From an uncultured Methanosarcinales archaeon (GTDB lineage Archaea > Nanobdellota > Nanobdellia > Woesearchaeales > GW2011-AR4), in assembly GCA_964518225.1 (NCBI GenBank), contig CAZFEZ010000001.1, forward strand, positions 1-24,322: a stretch of DNA of 24,322 nt. Direction: 5' to 3'. The notes below the pieces were generated by a model that ran no database searches, was not told where the DNA came from, and saw only the letters and a program-made list of their open reading frames with translations. The position numbers and the translations under genes are program-made. Of this stretch, positions 21,543 to 24,322 are shown one piece after another. Each line of letters starts with the position of its first letter. The stretch's first letter is position 1.

Positions 21543-24322
21543 CTATTTCTTTGCCAGCCTGATTATCCTGTCTACAGTTTCCTCTTTCCAGCCTGCTTTC
21601 AGAAGATGTTGGCGTATCTTTTCTTTGGAATGGCCCTGCTGCAGAGCCTGGATCGTATATCTGTAAAGACGTTCCTCGTGCTTTGCCAGTTCTTTCGGAA
21701 TCTGCACTGATTCCAGAGTCCTGATGAAATGAAGTATTGGAATTACAGAAAATATCACCACAATCAATGCCAATAATGCCAGTGCTGTGTGGCTTTTTAT
21801 GAATACCAATCCGGGGTTTAATGCCGATGCAAAGCTTGTCGTGAACCTGCCGAATACTGACTTTGAGCGCTTAATCACAATGAATGCGCCGCTTGAAGAT
21901 GCAAATGTATTGCCGTGCTGAGCCTTTATTGCTGCAGTGTAATCGCCGGGCCCCATATCTGAAGCCAATTTGAATGTTTTTGTGAATTCTAATCTTTTAT
22001 CCAAGCTTAACGATTCTGTTTTCTGGTAGACTGCTTCGCCTTTTGAATTTTTTAATGTGTAAGCTGCTGTCAGGTCAACTTTGCCCGGGGCGAGGTTTTG
22101 GATTGTTATCTGGGCCTTTAAATCTGATCCCTGCTTTACTTTATTGTAGGAGTTTGGAATCTGAAGCTTGACAGTAAATAATGACGGGGGTTGGGCTGCT
22201 GCGCCTGTGCTTGTTTGCTGCGGGGTGGTGTTTGCTGTTGATGTGCAAGTTTGGCTTGTTGCAGGGCCATTGTCAGCTGAATCGCATGGTGCTTCCCGGG
22301 AATGCTGCGCAACCTTTGCGAAATCACACTGCCTTTTCTGCACCCCGTCCTTGCATTCCGACCAGCTCCTGCATTGCCATTCATAGCTGCAGACATAGGA
22401 TATGCCGCCTCCGCCGCCCCCACCTCCTCCGCCTGAACTTCCGCCGCCTGAGCTGCTTTCGGAGGAGCTGCTGGACGATGAGCTTGATGAAGAGCCAGTA
22501 TCTGCAGGTGTTTCCTCAACTGTGTAAGTGCTGAATCCTGTAACATTGAAAGTTATGGTCGAGCCTGTGGAATTTATGATCCTGCATACTGTATCCGGGC
22601 ACACGGCCCCGTCCCTCAATATCCTGGGGTTGGTGTAGCTCAGGTTGTAAAAATTAATAGTTGCAGGGACATTAAGCTCCGGAACGTTTGCAGTGTCGAC
22701 AAAAACGCTGTTGGAAGTTATGCTTGTGTAAGCGCCTATGTCTAATGCCCTTGTGAGGTTTATGGTCCTGATGAAATTTATCCTTCCGTATATTGCCTTC
22801 TCAATTGTCAGATTTGTTATGTTGTCTGCATCAACTTTCGATAAATCTGTAGTGGTGCCGTCAAATCTGGATATGTTTATCGCTATTGTTGTGAAGTTAA
22901 ACATTGCAGATGAACCGCAGCCGATGTCATTGCATGAAGTGACTTTAAAGTAATATGCTGAGCCCCGGGCCAGATTATTCAATGAAAGCTTATGGTCTTT
23001 GGTTTGCTTTGAATCTGCCAATGCTGCTCCAAGCGAAGGCGATGTTCCGTAATCGACTTTGCTGTCTGAAAGATGCGAGGTCTGCCAGTAAATGTCTGTG
23101 TTTAGCGACGGAGGCGAGAATCCTGTTTTCAGGATAGTTGGAGGAAATGCCTGCTGCGTATCGTTGATGGCAGTTACGAGCCAATGCTTTGACGTGTTTG
23201 AAGAGTTATCGCTTAAAACTGCAGTTATGCTGAATATTCCTATTTTGCTGAAGATATAAGTTAAGTTTTTGTTGGTGGTGTTTAACGTTTTGTTTACGTA
23301 CCACTGCAATGCCAATTTGTCATTTTCATTGTCGGAGCCTGTTATGTTGAAAATGACGGTTGTTGTGAAGTTGTATTCGGGATTTATGCTTGAAGGCTGG
23401 AATTCAGCTATTGTTGGAGGCAGGTTTGGAGGGATGTAAGTCTTTGCTGTCGTGAAGTTCAATGCTTTGCTTGAAGCGCAGTTTCCTAAAGAATCGCATA
23501 CTAATGCCCTGTAATAGACTATTGTGCCTGAAGCTAGGCCTGACAAAGTGACAACAGAGGTTGTGTGGAATTTTGAGTCGGCTGCGGTGTTTGCGAGAGC
23601 GTTGCTTTTGTAGCCCCATGAAACGCTTAAGTTTGCGCTTTCGTCAGTCTTAGCCTTGATATTAGAGCTTTGATTTGTCGTGCTATCATTTCCCAGAAAG
23701 GTTATTGCGGGAGGATCAACATCAGCCGGTATTGAACCCACTCCCCCTCCATTTATTGTGTAATAATCGCTGTTTTGGCCGGAAACTACATCAAAAGTTA
23801 CTTTTGTCCCTGATTCAGAGGCTTTTATGTTTTCATTTCCGTTTTTTGTGACTGCGAAATCCTTGTTTTTTTTCAATTCTTTCGCGTCTATTGTCACGCT
23901 TACTGTCTTCGGGTAGTCTATGTATTTGTTTCTCTGCATTGTGTTTACTGTCAATGTGATTTTATCTTCTGATCTTTGCAGATGGGCGGACAATGTGTCT
24001 GCTGCTGAAAGCAGATCAATCTTTCCGGCTTTTATCGAGGTTGTGTTGAAGGCTGCAATTTCCTTTGTGTCGTCGTTGTAAGCCAATGCCCATCCTGTTG
24101 CCTGCTTGTCGCTGTAAGCTGACGTGCCGTCATTGTTTGTGTCAAAAATAATTACGTTGCTGTTTTGCTGCAGGCCCTTGTCTATGCCATTAATTGCTAA
24201 GATAGTTTGCTTGTTTCCTGTTGTGTACCAGTGGTGCGCTAAAATGAAGTCGACATCATTGGCTGGAGTGTACAAGTAAGTTCTTCTGTAAGTTCCTGCA
24301 CCCCTGGCACTTCCTGAGCACG
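21543..24322 (-). CDS. Large modular membrane-anchored surface glycoprotein, 5'-truncated (frame open to window edge)
   Basis: The ORF-track start at 24275 is an internal TTG; the frame reads CSGSARGAGTYRRTYL to the edge. Two FN3-like repeats, PKD/Ig-like domains, Ser/Gly linker, Cys/Trp motif, TM helix, short tail; 22 sequons. Confidence 0.88.
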   Translation of the reverse strand, partial: CSGSARGAGTYRRTYLYTPANDVDFILAHHWYTTGNKQTILAINGIDKGLQQNSNVIIFDTNNDGTSAYSDKQATGWALAYNDDTKEIAAFNTTSIKAGKIDLLSAADTLSAHLQRSEDKITLTVNTMQRNKYIDYPKTVSVTIDAKELKKNKDFAVTKNGNENIKASESGTKVTFDVVSGQNSDYYTINGGGVGSIPADVDPPAITFLGNDSTTNQSSNIKAKTDESANLSVSWGYKSNALANTAADSKFHTTSVVTLSGLASGTIVYYRALVCDSLGNCASSKALNFTTAKTYIPPNLPPTIAEFQPSSINPEYNFTTTVIFNITGSDNENDKLALQWYVNKTLNTTNKNLTYIFSKIGIFSITAVLSDNSSNTSKHWLVTAINDTQQAFPPTILKTGFSPPSLNTDIYWQTSHLSDSKVDYGTSPSLGAALADSKQTKDHKLSLNNLARGSAYYFKVTSCNDIGCGSSAMFNFTTIAINISRFDGTTTDLSKVDADNITNLTIEKAIYGRINFIRTINLTRALDIGAYTSITSNSVFVDTANVPELNVPATINFYNLSYTNPRILRDGAVCPDTVCRIINSTGSTITFNVTGFSTYTVEETPADTGSSSSSSSSSSSESSSGGGSSGGGGGGGGGGISYVCSYEWQCRSWSECKDGVQKRQCDFAKVAQHSREAPCDSADNGPATSQTCTSTANTTPQQTSTGAAAQPPSLFTVKLQIPNSYNKVKQGSDLKAQITIQNLAPGKVDLTAAYTLKNSKGEAVYQKTESLSLDKRLEFTKTFKLASDMGPGDYTAAIKAQHGNTFASSSGAFIVIKRSKSVFGRFTTSFASALNPGLVFIKSHTALALLALIVVIFSVIPILHFIRTLESVQIPKELAKHEERLYRYTIQALQQGHSKEKIRQHLLKAGWKEETVDRIIRLAKK

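Noticed and set aside
22405-22495. GGC/AGC-type short repeats (also 15845-15890)
   Set aside because: Encode Gly/Ser linkers with mixed codons; not CRISPR, VNTR or mobile-element repeats
24273-24275. TTG start for the 910-aa protein
   Set aside because: Frame stays open to the window edge, with no signal peptide or RBS at this codon; the gene is truncated

Overview
Archaeal genomic window; a DPANN, Woesearchaeota-like origin is my inference from protein style, not proven. Bases 1-12878 hold an almost complete minus-strand S10/spc ribosomal-protein superoperon (rpl3-rpl4-rpl23-rpl2-rps19-rpl22-rps3-rpl29-aIF1-rps17-rpl14-rpl24-rps4e-rpl5-rps14-rps8-rpl6-rpl32e-rpl19e-rpl18-rps5-rpl30-rpl15-secY). 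secY runs off the left edge and is missing from the ORF track. The operon has four oddities: a low-GC orphan ORF coupled between rpl30 and rpl15, a 31-aa basic ORF with competing hairpins between rps19 and rpl22, no rpp29, and a hairpin-rich leader of about 170 nt before rpl3. Bases 13153-17554 form a cell-surface/glycosylation locus: NDP-sugar nucleotidyltransferase, SDR dehydratase, Dol-P-mannose-synthase-like GT2, two secreted proteins with near-identical PEF-CTERM sorting tails, and a CPBP (CAAX-like) intramembrane protease. No archaeosortase lies in the window. The remainder encodes an ABC-2 exporter with a large coiled-coil permease loop, an AbiE-like nucleotidyltransferase pair, and a 5'-truncated large modular surface glycoprotein. 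No tRNA, rRNA, CRISPR array or transposase was seen. All calls are from motif recognition by eye; no database searches were run.
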